This document shows positions 52,067 to 64,000 of a DNA stretch of 64,000 nucleotides, one piece after another (position 1 is the first letter of the stretch; each line of letters starts with the position of its first letter). The stretch is from contig OX597836.1 of the NCBI GenBank assembly GCA_951406725.2, positions 7,440,001 to 7,504,000 on the forward strand, given 5' to 3'. Source of the stretch: Octopus vulgaris (Eukaryota). The position numbers were made by a program, and so were the translations under genes. The notes under the pieces were generated by a model, which saw nothing but the letters and a program-made list of their open reading frames with translations, did no database searches and had not been told where the DNA came from.

Positions 52067-53106
52067 TATCTTTGACTTTAGGTCTGCCCTATTAGCATGG
52101 ACTTGGAACTAGGAAACAATAAGAAACTGCAGCTAAATCTCCCTCAATTCCTTAAGCACTTTTCTGATTAGTGTTGCCAGTGTATGCCATCATCATCATC
52201 GTCATCATCATTATCATTGTCTCCATCACTATCACCGCCATCATAATAATAATAATGGTAAAGGTTTCAAATTTTGGCACAAGGCCAGTAATTTCGGAGG
52301 ATGGAGTAAATCAATTACTCTGTGCCCAGTACACAACTGGTACTTATTTCATCAACCCTGAAAGGATGAAAAGCAAAGTCGACCTCAGTGCAATTTGAAC
52401 TCAGAACGTTTAGGTGGATGAAATGCCCTTTTCATAATGGTTTCAAATTTTGGCACTAGGCCAGCAAGTTCGGGTGAAGGGAGGGAATCAATTACAGTGA
52501 CCCTAGTGCGCAATTAGTTCTGATTTTAACGACCCCTAAAAGGGTGAAAGGTAAAGTCTATTGCAGTAGAATTTGAACTCAGAACATGCAGACAGACGAA
52601 GTACTGCAAATCATTTTGCCCAGTGTGTTAATGATTCTGCCAACACACTGCATTAATAATAATAATAATAATAATAATCCTTTCTACTATAGGTACAAGG
52701 TCTGAAATTTGTGGGGAGGGGATCTACCTGAGAACTATGTTAAGGGTACGTGTGTCTGTGGAGTGCTCAGCCACTTGCATGTTAATTTCACGAGCAGGTT
52801 GTTCCGCTGATTGGATCAACTCGGATACTTGTTGTAACTGATGGAGTACCATCCCAGGGTGACAGTGCATGGCATAGTGGTAGGATGTTGAACTCATGAC
52901 CGAAAGATTGTGGTTTCAATTCCTGGACTAGGCATTGCATTGTATTCTTGAGTAAAACCCTTCATTTCACATTGCACTGTGATCACTTTCAACACCTAAC
53001 ATGTGGAACACTGTGCACCTGTTCAGGTAACATCAACTCGATGGAGGGAGGGAGCTAATGTACAGCACATACATTCATCTCAATTCGTTTATGCAGATTC
53101 TTCAGT

Positions 53107-53412
53107 GTGGAGTCGCAATGGGCCAGTGGTTAGGGCAGCAGACTCGTGGTCAGAGGATCGTGGTTTCGATTCCCAGACCGGGCATTGTGTGTGTTTGAGC
53201 GAAAACACCTAAAGCTCCATGAGGCTCCAGCAGGAGGTGGTGGTGACCCCTGTTGTACTCTTTCGCCCAACTTGCTCTCACTCTTTCTTCCTGTTTCTTG
53301 AATAACGCTGCGATGGACTGGTGTCCCGTCCAGCTGGGGGGAGCACATACACCACAAAAACCGGGAAACCGGGCCCATGAGCCTGGCTAGGCTTGAAAGG
53401 GGTGCAGAAAAA
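53107..53412 (+). mobile_element. tRNA-headed SINE sharing the 3' block of family C
   Basis: GGGCCAGTGGTTAGGGCAGCAGACTCG...GGTTTCGATTCCC head; AACGCTGCGATGGACTGGTGTCCCGTCCAG tail block. Confidence 0.75.
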
Positions 53413-54269
53413 AAAAGATTCTTCAGTAAGACATTGCAGAACCATCTCTCTCAGACTACAAGAGACTGCCATCATACAACAGTCTCTAGATTTCTGAATT
53501 GGCCAACTTTTCTCTCCTAGTTGAGGCACATGGCTCAGTGCCTCACATGGCTCAGTGCCTCAAAAATAATGTTGATCATTGGTAGAATTTGAAGTCTGAA
53601 TATAAAAAGCCAGAATATAACACCACAAGGTATTTTGTGTGACACTTTGACAATTCGGCCAATCCTTCTGCCCCTTCTGCTGTCACTGGATATTCTTCCC
53701 TCTCCTTCTTCTTCTTCCATCCTGTTACTGTATAATCCATCCACCTTCACCCACCCCGTCAACCTTTTTCTGCCAGCCTGTCACTTAATATATCCTCCTC
53801 TTCCTCCTCCCCTCTCATTTGCTTGTCTGTCATTATTAAACCTCCCACAGACATCTGCAGAAGGACACGGACGCGCACACACACACACACACACACACAC
53901 AAATAATTAATCACTTAATTAGCTTAAGATAATAACTGATTTCTAAGTCCCAGTGTCACACTTAGACACAAGTGGAGGCGGTGGAAATGGCAGCGGTGGT
54001 GGTGGTGGTGGTGGTCATGACAGCAGTGTTGGTAATAGTGATGGTGGTGGTGGTGATGGTGGTGGTGGTGGTGGTGGTGGCAGTGGTGATGGTGAAGTGG
54101 AACTGTCAAGATCTTCAGTTTCCCAAGTATATGGCTGGGTAATATATATATATATATATATATATACAAAAAAAAAAACATTTGGTGGAATGAGTATCTT
54201 TATGAGAAGAGATTCTTGTAATTTCAAGGTTAGCAAATTCTTTCTTCGTGAATTGTTCCCTAAATATTT

Positions 54270-55830
54270 AATGCTCCCTATCTCTTTACAGTTATCTAAC
54301 TTCTTACAATCCCCTAATCCTCTATTGCCATTCTTTCTCCTCTTCTCCCTGTCTCAGTGTGACTCCCTATCTTCCTACTTCTCTGTATCCGTTCTGCTCC
54401 CTAATATAATCCCTACTATTCCCTATTTCTCTAAACCATATCCTTCTCCTCCTCCCTAACTCTCCACTGGTTCCTGTCTCTCTTATTCCTTTTATCCCCT
54501 TCAACTGCTCCTCATTTCCTTAACCCCCTAGTGCTCCCTATCTTACTCTCTATCTTCCTAATGTTCTAAGCTTCCTACTGTCCCCTATCTCTCTATTATT
54601 CTCTTACTTCCAACTACTCCCTATCTCTCTTCTGCTCCATATCCAACCCCTAATTCCTAACTCCCCCATCCCTTTGCTGCCTCCTATCTCTCTACTACTT
54701 TACAAAGTTTCTACTGTTTTCTTATTCTCCATTGCTCTCTATCCCTTTGCTGTTCCCTATCCATCTTCTCCTTAACTTCAGACCAATCTCTTTCTCCATA
54801 CTGATCCCTACCGTTCTACTCCCCAGTTATTCCTGCTTTTCTTCATCATTTTTTTCACCCCCTATCTTTTTCTTTTTCCCAATGTCTCAACTACTTCATA
54901 TCCCTCTAGTGCTCCCTAATTTTCTACTGTCACAAATTCCCTTTATTCCTGCTGCTCCCTATCTCTTCCCTGCTCCCAATTTTCTCCATAACTCCCTAAT
55001 TTTCTATTATTGATCCCTAACTTTCTAAAGCTCCCTAATTTTATGCAACTACTTCTCTCTCTCCCTTTCCACTGTTCCCCAACTTCTTATCCCTTTATTA
55101 CTCCCTGTCTGTCTACTACTAATCATAACTCCCTAATATCTACTCCCTATCTTTTCACGTTTCTCTTTTTTTCTACAACTCCCTATTTTTTGTAGCTACT
55201 ACTATTACCCTCTCCACTGTTTCTTAACTCCTTGTCTCTCTATTGCTCCCTATCTTTCTACTACTCCCTACAGCTCCCTAATTTTTTCTCCCTGTCATTC
55301 CACTACACTATTTCTCCACAATTCCCTAATTTTATATTACTACCACTACTCTTTCCTCTGTTCCTTAACTCCTTATTTCTCATTTGTTCCTTATTTTTCA
55401 GTGACCCTTAATCACTACTCCCTAATTTTTAATCCCTATCTTTTCCTCTCTACAGCTCCCTAATTTTTACTCCTGATCTTTCCAACACTCCTATACACTC
55501 TACAACTCCCTAATTCTTACTCACTATCTTTTCATTACTCTCTTTCTCTTTCTACAACTCCCTAATTTTCTATCACTTCTACTTTTCATTTTCTTCACTG
55601 CTCCTTAACCTGCAACCATTCGTGTTCCCTATCTTTCCACAATTCTCAATCACAGATCCCTAATTTCAACTGCTCCCTATATACCCTCCCCTCTGACTAC
55701 TTTCTAATTCCCTATACACTACCTCTATACCCTAGATCCAACCATCACTACTGACACCCTCCATCTGCTATTCCCTAACGCCCACCCTTACAACCCCATC
55801 TTCTCCCTAACACCCTATAGCACAAATACT
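54270..55830. repeat. Pyrimidine-rich cryptic repeat built on CTCCCTAAT/CTCCCTATC
   Basis: More than 15 CCCTAA hexamers and many CCCTAT variants over ~1.5 kb. Confidence 0.8.
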
Positions 55831-56185
55831 TCCTCTCCTTTTCTCTCCATACAGGACCCTACACCTTACCTCACCTTGTTTTGTTTACCTACCATTCTTG
55901 TGTTCCTTAATTTTGTCCCTGCTCCCTTATTTCGCTTCTCTTATCATTTCTTATCTCTTTCCCTATCAGGTACATCATAATCTGCCAGCTGGGCCCTTTT
56001 TAATATCTCCTCAGTCTTCTTGGTATATATTTCATACAGATATGTGTGTATATGTGTGTGTGTGTAGGGGGGTGCAAATATGTTTTATGTATATGCACAC
56101 GCACTCATATGCGCATATCTATATTTGTATATATACACATATACATATATATGTATCCACACACACACACACACACCACATATTT

Positions 56186-56237
<52 letters not shown>

Positions 56238-56287
56238 CTCTCCCTATATATATATATATATAGGTATATATACATGTGTGCATTTGT

Positions 56288-56321
<34 letters not shown>

Positions 56322-56369
56322 AAATCTTCTATGTGTCTAAGTAGTGTACGCACACACACGTATATATGC

Positions 56370-56404
<35 letters not shown>

Positions 56405-56588
56405 CATACATAATCAATTAAATTATGAACCTCCATAAGTTTTGCTTGGTAATTTATTTCGTTTCGAGTTTGAAGGAAGATAAAAAGCAAAGTTGAAATG
56501 GATCAAATTACCTCAAAAGTATTTTCGTTTGACACACAAATTTTTTTACAATCCAATGCTAATATGCACACACACACACACACGCATA

Positions 56589-56622
<34 letters not shown>

Positions 56623-56920
56623 TGCCTAAACACATCTGCTGGGTTCTCACAGTTTCCCTCATTTTCTCTTCAAGAAATGTGGAACCTTTACATCTTCTTC
56701 TCATAAAAGTCCTTCAGGTTTGGCCAGACACAAAAGGAATATTCAACCAGGAGAAAAGAAAAAAGGGAACTATAGACAATTAAGGCCTCCTCCCTTTGTC
56801 ATCATCTCCATATGTGGATAATTAGGCGTCTGCCATAGGGGTTGTTCAGTCTGCAAGAAATAGCAGCTAAATCTTTCCCTAATCACATCCTACCATTTTT
56901 ATTATTATTAATTACACTAA

Positions 56921-57085
56921 GGCGCAGGAGTGGCTGTGTGGTAAGTAGCTTGCTAACCAACCACATGGTTCTGGGTTCAGTCCCACTGCGTGGCACCTTG
57001 GGCAAGTATCTTCTGCTATAGCCTCGGGCCGACCAATGCCTTGTGAGTGGATTTGGTAAACGGAAACTGAAAGAAGCCTGTCGTA

Positions 57086-57124
<39 letters not shown>

Positions 57125-57575
57125 CTGTGTTTGTGTGTCTGTGTTTGTCCCCCTAGCATTGCTTGACAACCGATGCTGGTGTGTTTACGTCCCTGTCACT
57201 TGGCGGTTTGGCAAAAGAGACTGATAGAATAAGTACTGGGCTTACAAAGAATAAGTCCCGGGGTCGATTTGCTCGACTAAAGGCGGTGCTCCAGCATGGC
57301 CGCAGTCAAATGACTGAAACAAGTAAAAGAGTAAAAAGAGTAAAGAGTAAGGCGGTGAACTGGCAGATCGTTACCACATCAGGAAAAATGCTTAGTGGCA
57401 TTTCATCCATCTTTACGTTCTGAGTTCAAATCCTGCCTAGGTCGACTTTGTCTTTTATCCTTTCAAGGTCAATAACAGAAGTACCAGTTGAGTACTGGGG
57501 CTGATATAATTGATTTACCCCTTCCCCTGAAATTGCTGGCCTTGTGCCAAAATTTGAAACCATTATTATTTATTA
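56921..57575 (+). mobile_element. Full-length family A SINE (56921-57348) directly abutting a family B SINE (57349-57575)
   Basis: The A tail (AAAGAGT)n runs into the B head AAGGCGGTGAACTGGCAGATCGTT; B ends in (ATT)n. Confidence 0.9.
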
Positions 57576-58511
57576 TACTGCATAACACAATTTTTGTCGT
57601 GGGGTCGCAACTGTTGTTCCCTATTTGCTGATCCCTAGAAAGTATGGAAATGACTAATATTTCCTTCAAAGTTTGCTTTTGTTACATTTATTGAAACCCC
57701 AAAGACTCCCTTTCAACACATAGCTATGATGCTCCCCTACTACTCCTACTCATGACTAGGGATGCACATATTTGTCAGCCCCTAAGGGACATGTCTGAAG
57801 TGGTCAAGGTCAAACAATTGAAAAGCAAATCTGTGGTGTTGAGCAGAATATTTGCTGTAACGATATTTCCGCTTCAGCAACTCAGCACTGAATCTGAAAT
57901 GTAATGGAAAATAGGTCAGTTTCAAAAACATTGATGTACAGGTCAGGAAAATAAAGCTACGGGGATGTAAACACACCAACACCAGTTGTCAAGTAATGGT
58001 GGGTGGGGTGGGGGACAAACACAGACACAAAAACGCACATACATAAAAATACACACACACACACAAACACACACACACACTTATATATATATGATATGCT
58101 TCTTTCAGTTTCCATCTACCAAATCCACTCATAAGGCTTTTGGTTGGCCCAAGGCTATAGTAGAAGATGCACGTAAACTTTACTGGTCTGAAGCACAATT
58201 TTTTTCATGCCCTTTGAAAAATTACCATGGGCACCCCTCTATTATGTTGCATTCATGGACCTTCAGGGTTCATGTAAACTTCAGTTGAGAACCCCTGCTC
58301 TATAGCCTGTCCTCTTTATGGCTCTTTTACTTTTCTGTCTTTTCATGTATTATCCTGTGTACTCTACTTTCACTTTTGGCTCTTGTTGCAATCGGGTAAA
58401 ATTGTTAGCCAATCAGACTAAATCCTTCTTGGCATTTCTTTCAATTCTTTACCTTCAGAATCTGAATTCTGCCAAAGTTGACTTTACCCTTCATCACTTT
58501 GAAGTCCTTAA

Positions 58512-58729
58512 CCCTTTAGTATTAAAACTGGCCATAAACGGCCCCACTATTCTGTGTTTTATGTTCAAACTAACCGGATCCAACCACTCACACCTACCTT
58601 ATAATGTCATTCTAAAAATATACAAACATAGCATTTACATCTTGAAACTACAAGATAATGCATGATTAATTCCAAACAATGTGAATTAATAAACGTTATA
58701 TTTCACAAAGAAATCTGAATTCTAAAGGG
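58512..58729. mobile_element. piggyBac-like MITE with TTAA duplication, nested in a family B SINE; a related copy lies at ~63465-63708
   Basis: TTAA|CCCTTTAGTATT ... AATTCTAAAGGG|TTAA. Confidence 0.8.
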
Positions 58730-59299
58730 TTAAAATAAGTGCCAGTTGAGCATTGGGGGTCGATCTAATTAAGTTATCCCCACTTCCGTAAAATTCCTGG
58801 CATTGTGTGAAAATTTGAAACCATTTACTGCGTTGCTTTGCTTGAATTATTGCTGCTTTCTGTCCCCTCTTTTACCGTTTTTCAAACAAGTTGTACACCT
58901 GATCACTGCATGCAACAATACAATAAGCTCATTATTATTATATGGCCTTTCATTTTTTTTTTTTTTTTTGTACTTTATAAAAAGTACCTTACCTACAAAA
59001 TAGAGAATACAAAGAATTTTAATACAAATGTTTTCTAAATGGTTCTTTGATATTTTTTCCTCTCTTTGCCCTACTCACAGTTTCAAGATCTCCCATATTG
59101 ATTTTGATTATTCTTGTGTCTGTATTTTTTCTATTTCTTCTCTCAGTTCTTCAAGTTTTTATATTTGAAGAGTTTTTTAAGCTCCTTTACTGAAAGGCTA
59201 ATATTATAATCCAGGCCAGTTATATCAATCAGTGAACAAGACGTCTTAATCTCTTTCCTTTTATGACAATATTCAGTGCATCTTTCGTTCCTCTGAATT

Positions 59300-59916
59300 G
59301 CAAAGCATTGTGTCGGTGTAAATAAAAATGTCGTCGGTGAAAAATATGTTCAGAATGATGGAGAGACATACAGCTTAACTGACACAGAGAAGAAACAGGC
59401 ATGGAAATGCTATTCTGAAAGGCTGAAATATTAAGATAAGGCGTTATGGTCATATTCGAAGAAGCAGGGGTCTGGAAAATGTTGTCATAGAAGGAAGGGT
59501 GGATGGGAGTAGACCAAGAGGCAGGCAAAGAATGCAGTGGATGACATTCTCAAGAGCTGGTTGGACAAGAGTGGCAAAGCAGCTGGAGAACTTGTGCTTA
59601 ATGGAGAAGATTTTTGTTGCAGTGTGATCAATGCATTATACGTATATGACGAAGATGGTTAGAGAGAAGGAGAACAGAGGGAGAAAGGAGGAGGAGGAGG
59701 AGGAGGAGAGAGAGAAAGAGGAAGATAGCTTACTCAAAGTCAGAGGAACCCATTATTAAAATTGACAGTTTTACAGTCAAAATGGCTGTTAATGATATGA
59801 AGATAAGGAAAGAAGCTAGTTTATCAGGGACGGTTGCTGAGATGTGGAAAAGATCTGGTGAAATAGGATTCTTGCTAGTCACTGATGGGGTTAATCAAAT
59901 AGTGGAAGATGGTGTT
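59300..59916 (+). mobile_element. RTE LINE internal fragment with a second RTE-like 3' end inserted at ~59433-59715
   Basis: Outer: KNVVGEKYVQNDGETYSLTDTEKKQAWKCYSERL ... EPIIKIDSFTVKMAVNDMKIRKEASLSGTVAEMWKRSGEIGFLLVTDGVNQIVEDGV. Inner: KIRRYGHIRRSRGLENVVIEGRVDGSRPRGRQRMQW. Confidence 0.85.
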
Positions 59917-62609
59917 AGTTTGAAATGATAAAAGGTAAAATTAGCTTCCGTGGCATTTGATCCTGGAACACAGATCCAGAACAAGTACGGCAAAGCATTC
60001 TATATGATGCTCTAATGATTCTGTTAATTCACACCTTATCCCAAAAGTTGAACGTAATTCCTTAATTTTCCTTCTTATTATCCTTGGTCTTTCCTTCTTA
60101 TTATCCTTGGTCTTTTCAGTTTCATAAATATAAAAATTTTTAAATTCATCAAAATTAGAAAGTATCCTTAATACAGTTTTGAAGTAAGTCAATGAGGTGG
60201 CAGAAACGTTAACGCACTGGACAAAATGTTGTGGTATTTCAGCCATCTTTACATTCTGAGTTCAAATTCCACCGAGGTGGAATTTGTCTTTCATCCTTTC
60301 AGGGTCAATGAAATAAGTACTGGTTGAACTTTGAGATCAATGCAACCAGCTTATCCCTTCCCCAGAATTGCAGGCCTTGTGCAAAAATTAGAAACCAATA
60401 TTTCATTGAAGTAAAGATGCCACTTCGAGAGTGTAGTGGGTGCTTTTAGGTGCCACCGGCACGAGGGCCAGTCAGGCAGTTCTGGCAATGATCACGCTCA
60501 AAAGGTGTTTTTGACATGGTACCAGTACCTAGACCAGTGCTTTCTATATGACACCTTGTTTTTAGGATCTCAATTCTCAATCTAAGTTTATCTCCATAGA
60601 TTTTCTATAGAATGCAGAGCCAGAACTGCAAGTTATGATGCTTTATATACAAACATGTCTATGTAAACAATGAGATTGAAGAGAGAACAAAAAAAAATGG
60701 TAATAGGTGTATATGCATGTTTCAAGAGTTATTGCTCTCTCATCAGTACCACTTCAACCCTACAACAATCCACGAACACATGGCTTAAATACCCATACAT
60801 GTGTGTGTGTGTGCATGTTTGTACCCTCACCACTTGACAACCGCTGTTACTTTGTATTTGTCCCAGTAACTTAGTGGTTCTACAAAAGAGATTGATAGAA
60901 TAAGTACCAGAGTTAGAAAAATAATTATTGAAGTCAATATGGTTGACTAAACCCTTCAAGGTCGTGCTCCAGTGTGGCCACAATGTAACGAGTGAAGCAA
61001 TGCAAAGGATAAAAGCTAACCTCAATTCTGTAGAACTACAGACGGATGGAGTTAGTTGACCGTTCTTTAAAATAAAACTCAGTCTCTCAGAACATTTCTT
61101 ACTGCAAAAGTTTTGGACAATAAAATATATGGAACTCCACTAAAAGACATTTCTAAAAGTAATCGATATTTCTGACAGTTTGCTCAGGTTTCTTCTCCTG
61201 GTATCATTTTCATGTTTTATGTTAACCGTTTCTCTTGAATATGACTCGCTGAGAAGAACGCTGAGAAGATTCTAATAACATCTTTCCATTGAAATTTGAC
61301 ATCCACTAGTATTTATCATCATCATCATCATCATCATCATTTCAGTTGTCATCATCATCATCATCATCATCATCAATTCAGTTGTTTGCAAGGGTCAAGC
61401 AGAATTCTTTGAGGCAGATTTTCTGTGGCTGGATGCCCTTCCTGCTGCTAACATGCACTTGTTTCCAAGCAAGACAATATAGCCCATGACCACCACTACC
61501 AACACTACCACTGTTCATTTGTCTGTTGTTGATGGTGACCAAGGACATCACATCGGAGAAGAAGACAGGGCATGATGTGTCCAGTTGTGACCGATCGGCC
61601 CAATGCGTGCTTGGAAGGCTCTGTCACAGGTCAGTCATTGGTGGTCTGCTTGGGATTGAAAGGAAGGTGTTGGCTCTGGACTTGCATGGTTCATGTTTTC
61701 TTTGTGCCCCTGCAATTCTGTTTTGTTCTTTCAGTTTCCATCTACCAAATCCACTCACAAGGCTTTGGTCGGCCCGAGGCTATAGTAGAAGACATTTGCC
61801 CAAGGTGCCACGCAGTGCGACTGAACCCGGAACCATATCTGATCATCCAGTCTTTATTATTTTTATTATTCAGACACACAGGTTATAGAATGATATTATT
61901 GAAATCGTTCTTCCTTCTTTTAGACTGTTGGGTGTGATTTGATGGAGATTTGGCTGCTATTTCTAGCAGATTTAGTGACTACATACTTTCCCTTTCCTTT
62001 TCGTTTTATCTGTTTTATGTTGGTTTATGGAAGTTGGATGTTTTGCCTGATGATAATGTTTCCAGCAGAACTAAATGTTATCTTGAAATATACAAGTTAT
62101 CAGAAATAGAAAGCGAAATCTTGGGGTTAAAGTGTTTATATTGGGGCTTTGAAAACATGGGATTAAGTTTGTTTGAGATAGGGGTTTAAAGGATTAAAAT
62201 TCTTCTTTCTGTTATATTAATGAGACATGGAGAGAAAGAGGAAGAGAAAGAGAAAGATTGTGTGTGTGTAAGAGAGAGAGAGAGAGCGAGAGAGAGAGAG
62301 TGTGTGTGTGTGTGAAGAGGAGGGATGTAGTGCTGAAGAGACTGTCATAATATGGGGGTGGAGCAGGGAGGGAAGAGACAGGCTTATCTCAGTGCATATT
62401 TTTTTAGGGTACCATGACCATAATAAGGAAGGACAAGATTGTAGGATTTGATGTTGGGTTCACCTCATTATCAGTAAGGTATGTAGTCATAGTATGGTAG
62501 AGGTTGTTGTTGATGTTGTTGTTGTTGTTGTTCAGTCTCAGGTCAACCCTGATTCAAGCAGATCTATGACCAAAAGCATTCCTGTAATGACCATCCTGCC
62601 TCTTTCCTA

Positions 62610-63450
62610 TACTCTTGTTTTACTTGTTTCTGTCATTTGACTGCAGCCATGCTGGAGCAACATCTTGAAGGGTTCTAGTCAAACAAATCAACCCCAGGAC
62701 TTATTTTTTTTAAGCCAAGTACTTATTCTATTGGTCTCTTTTGCCGAACTGCTAGGTTACAGGGACATAAACGCACCAACACCGATTGTCAAGTGGTGAT
62801 GGGAGGGACAAACACAGATACAAAGACATACACATACAGATATATACATACATATATATTTAAATACTTTCGACAGGCTTCTTTCAGTTTCCGTCTACCA
62901 AATCCACTCACTAGGATTTGGCCGACCTGAGGCTACAGTAGAAGACACATGCCCAAGGTGCCATGTGGTTAAGAAGGCAGCTTCTTACCACACAGCCACA
63001 CCTGTACCTGTGTAAGAAATAACGTGAGCTCACCTATTACTCTTTTACTCTTTTACTTGTTTCAGTCATTTGACTGTGGCCATGCTGGAGCACCACCTTT
63101 AGTCAAGCAACTTGACCCTGGGACTTATTCTTTGTAAGCCCAGTACTTATTCTATCCGTCTCTTTTGCCGAACCGCTAAGTGACGGGGACATAAATACAC
63201 CAGCATTGGTTGTCAAGCCATGTTGGGGGGACAAACACAGACACACAAACACATACACACACATACATATATACATATATATATATACGACAGGCTTCTT
63301 TCAGTTTCCGTCTACCAAATCCACTCACAAGGCTTTGGTCAGCCCGAGACCATAGTAGAAGACACTTGCCCAAGGTGCCACGCAGTGGGACTGAACCCAG
63401 AACCATGTGGTTGGTAAACAAGCTACTTACCACACAGCCACTCCTGCACC
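62610..63450 (-). mobile_element. Two tandem family A SINEs (62610-63010 older, 63040-63450 younger)
   Basis: Reverse complements of 12731-13122. Confidence 0.9.
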
Positions 63451-64000
63451 TATGTACAAGGAATTACATTTGACAAAGTAATCTGAATTCAAAAGCATTA
63501 TGCCAGCCGTATCAGATCCAAATATTCTACCTGATTTATACTCAAACTAGTCAGATCCAGCCTCTCACACCTACCCTACAATGTCATTTTAAAAACAGTT
63601 ACATCATTGAAATCTCAAAGCTACAAGATAATGCACAATTAATTCAAAACAATTTGAATAAATAAAATTTGACATAGGAATGTGAATGCTAAAGTGTTAG
63701 AGGGTTAAAATATTGGTCAACATAAGTCTTTGGTTGAAGATACCTTGCTCAAGGCACCATACATGCTGTAGAATTAATCTTGGAACCATGTGGCTGCAAA
63801 GTGAACTCTTCAACTGCATGATAGAATCAATATATCAGCTTCCCAAAAAATTTCCTTATTCACTGGAATTACCCCCATTGTGGAACCATTTGCCAAAATT
63901 TTTTTTATTTTCTTTTTTTTCCTTTCTTCTGAATTCTGTATATAGAACAGCACTTACGAGGATTGTTATGTATATAGAAGTAACTGGGTCTGTATGTGTG

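Noticed and set aside
53522-53563. Hairpin TGAGGCAC...GTGCCTCA with a 17-bp tandem duplication
   Set aside because: Most simply a small slippage duplication; nothing else supports a function.
55940-55976. Plus-strand CCCTATCAG|GTACAT as a recursive splice site
   Set aside because: The donor is weak, and the whole region is pyrimidine-rich, so the tract is uninformative.

Overview
Eukaryotic, AT-rich, microsatellite-saturated non-coding DNA. The repeat families look like an octopus (coleoid cephalopod) genome; this is inferred from repeat recognition, not from a database search. No intact host protein-coding gene could be identified, and nearly every ORF in the supplied track is an artefact of simple repeats or SINEs. 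The window holds (i) three abundant tRNA-headed SINE families plus a fourth dispersed repeat (family E) that forms two tandem arrays; (ii) decayed RTE, CR1, Tx1/L1-like and R4/Dong-like non-LTR retrotransposons; (iii) mariner relics and hAT- and piggyBac-like MITEs, often nested; (iv) two CpG-retaining domains (~20.4-23.5 kb and ~36.4-47 kb), each with a candidate 5' exon and splice donor. The most notable signal is about eight minimal type-I hammerhead-ribozyme motifs of the kind carried by Penelope-like elements. One is essentially canonical (17182-17224) and one forms the loop of a 105-bp fold-back. Two candidate recursive (AG|GT) splice sites lie on the minus strand.
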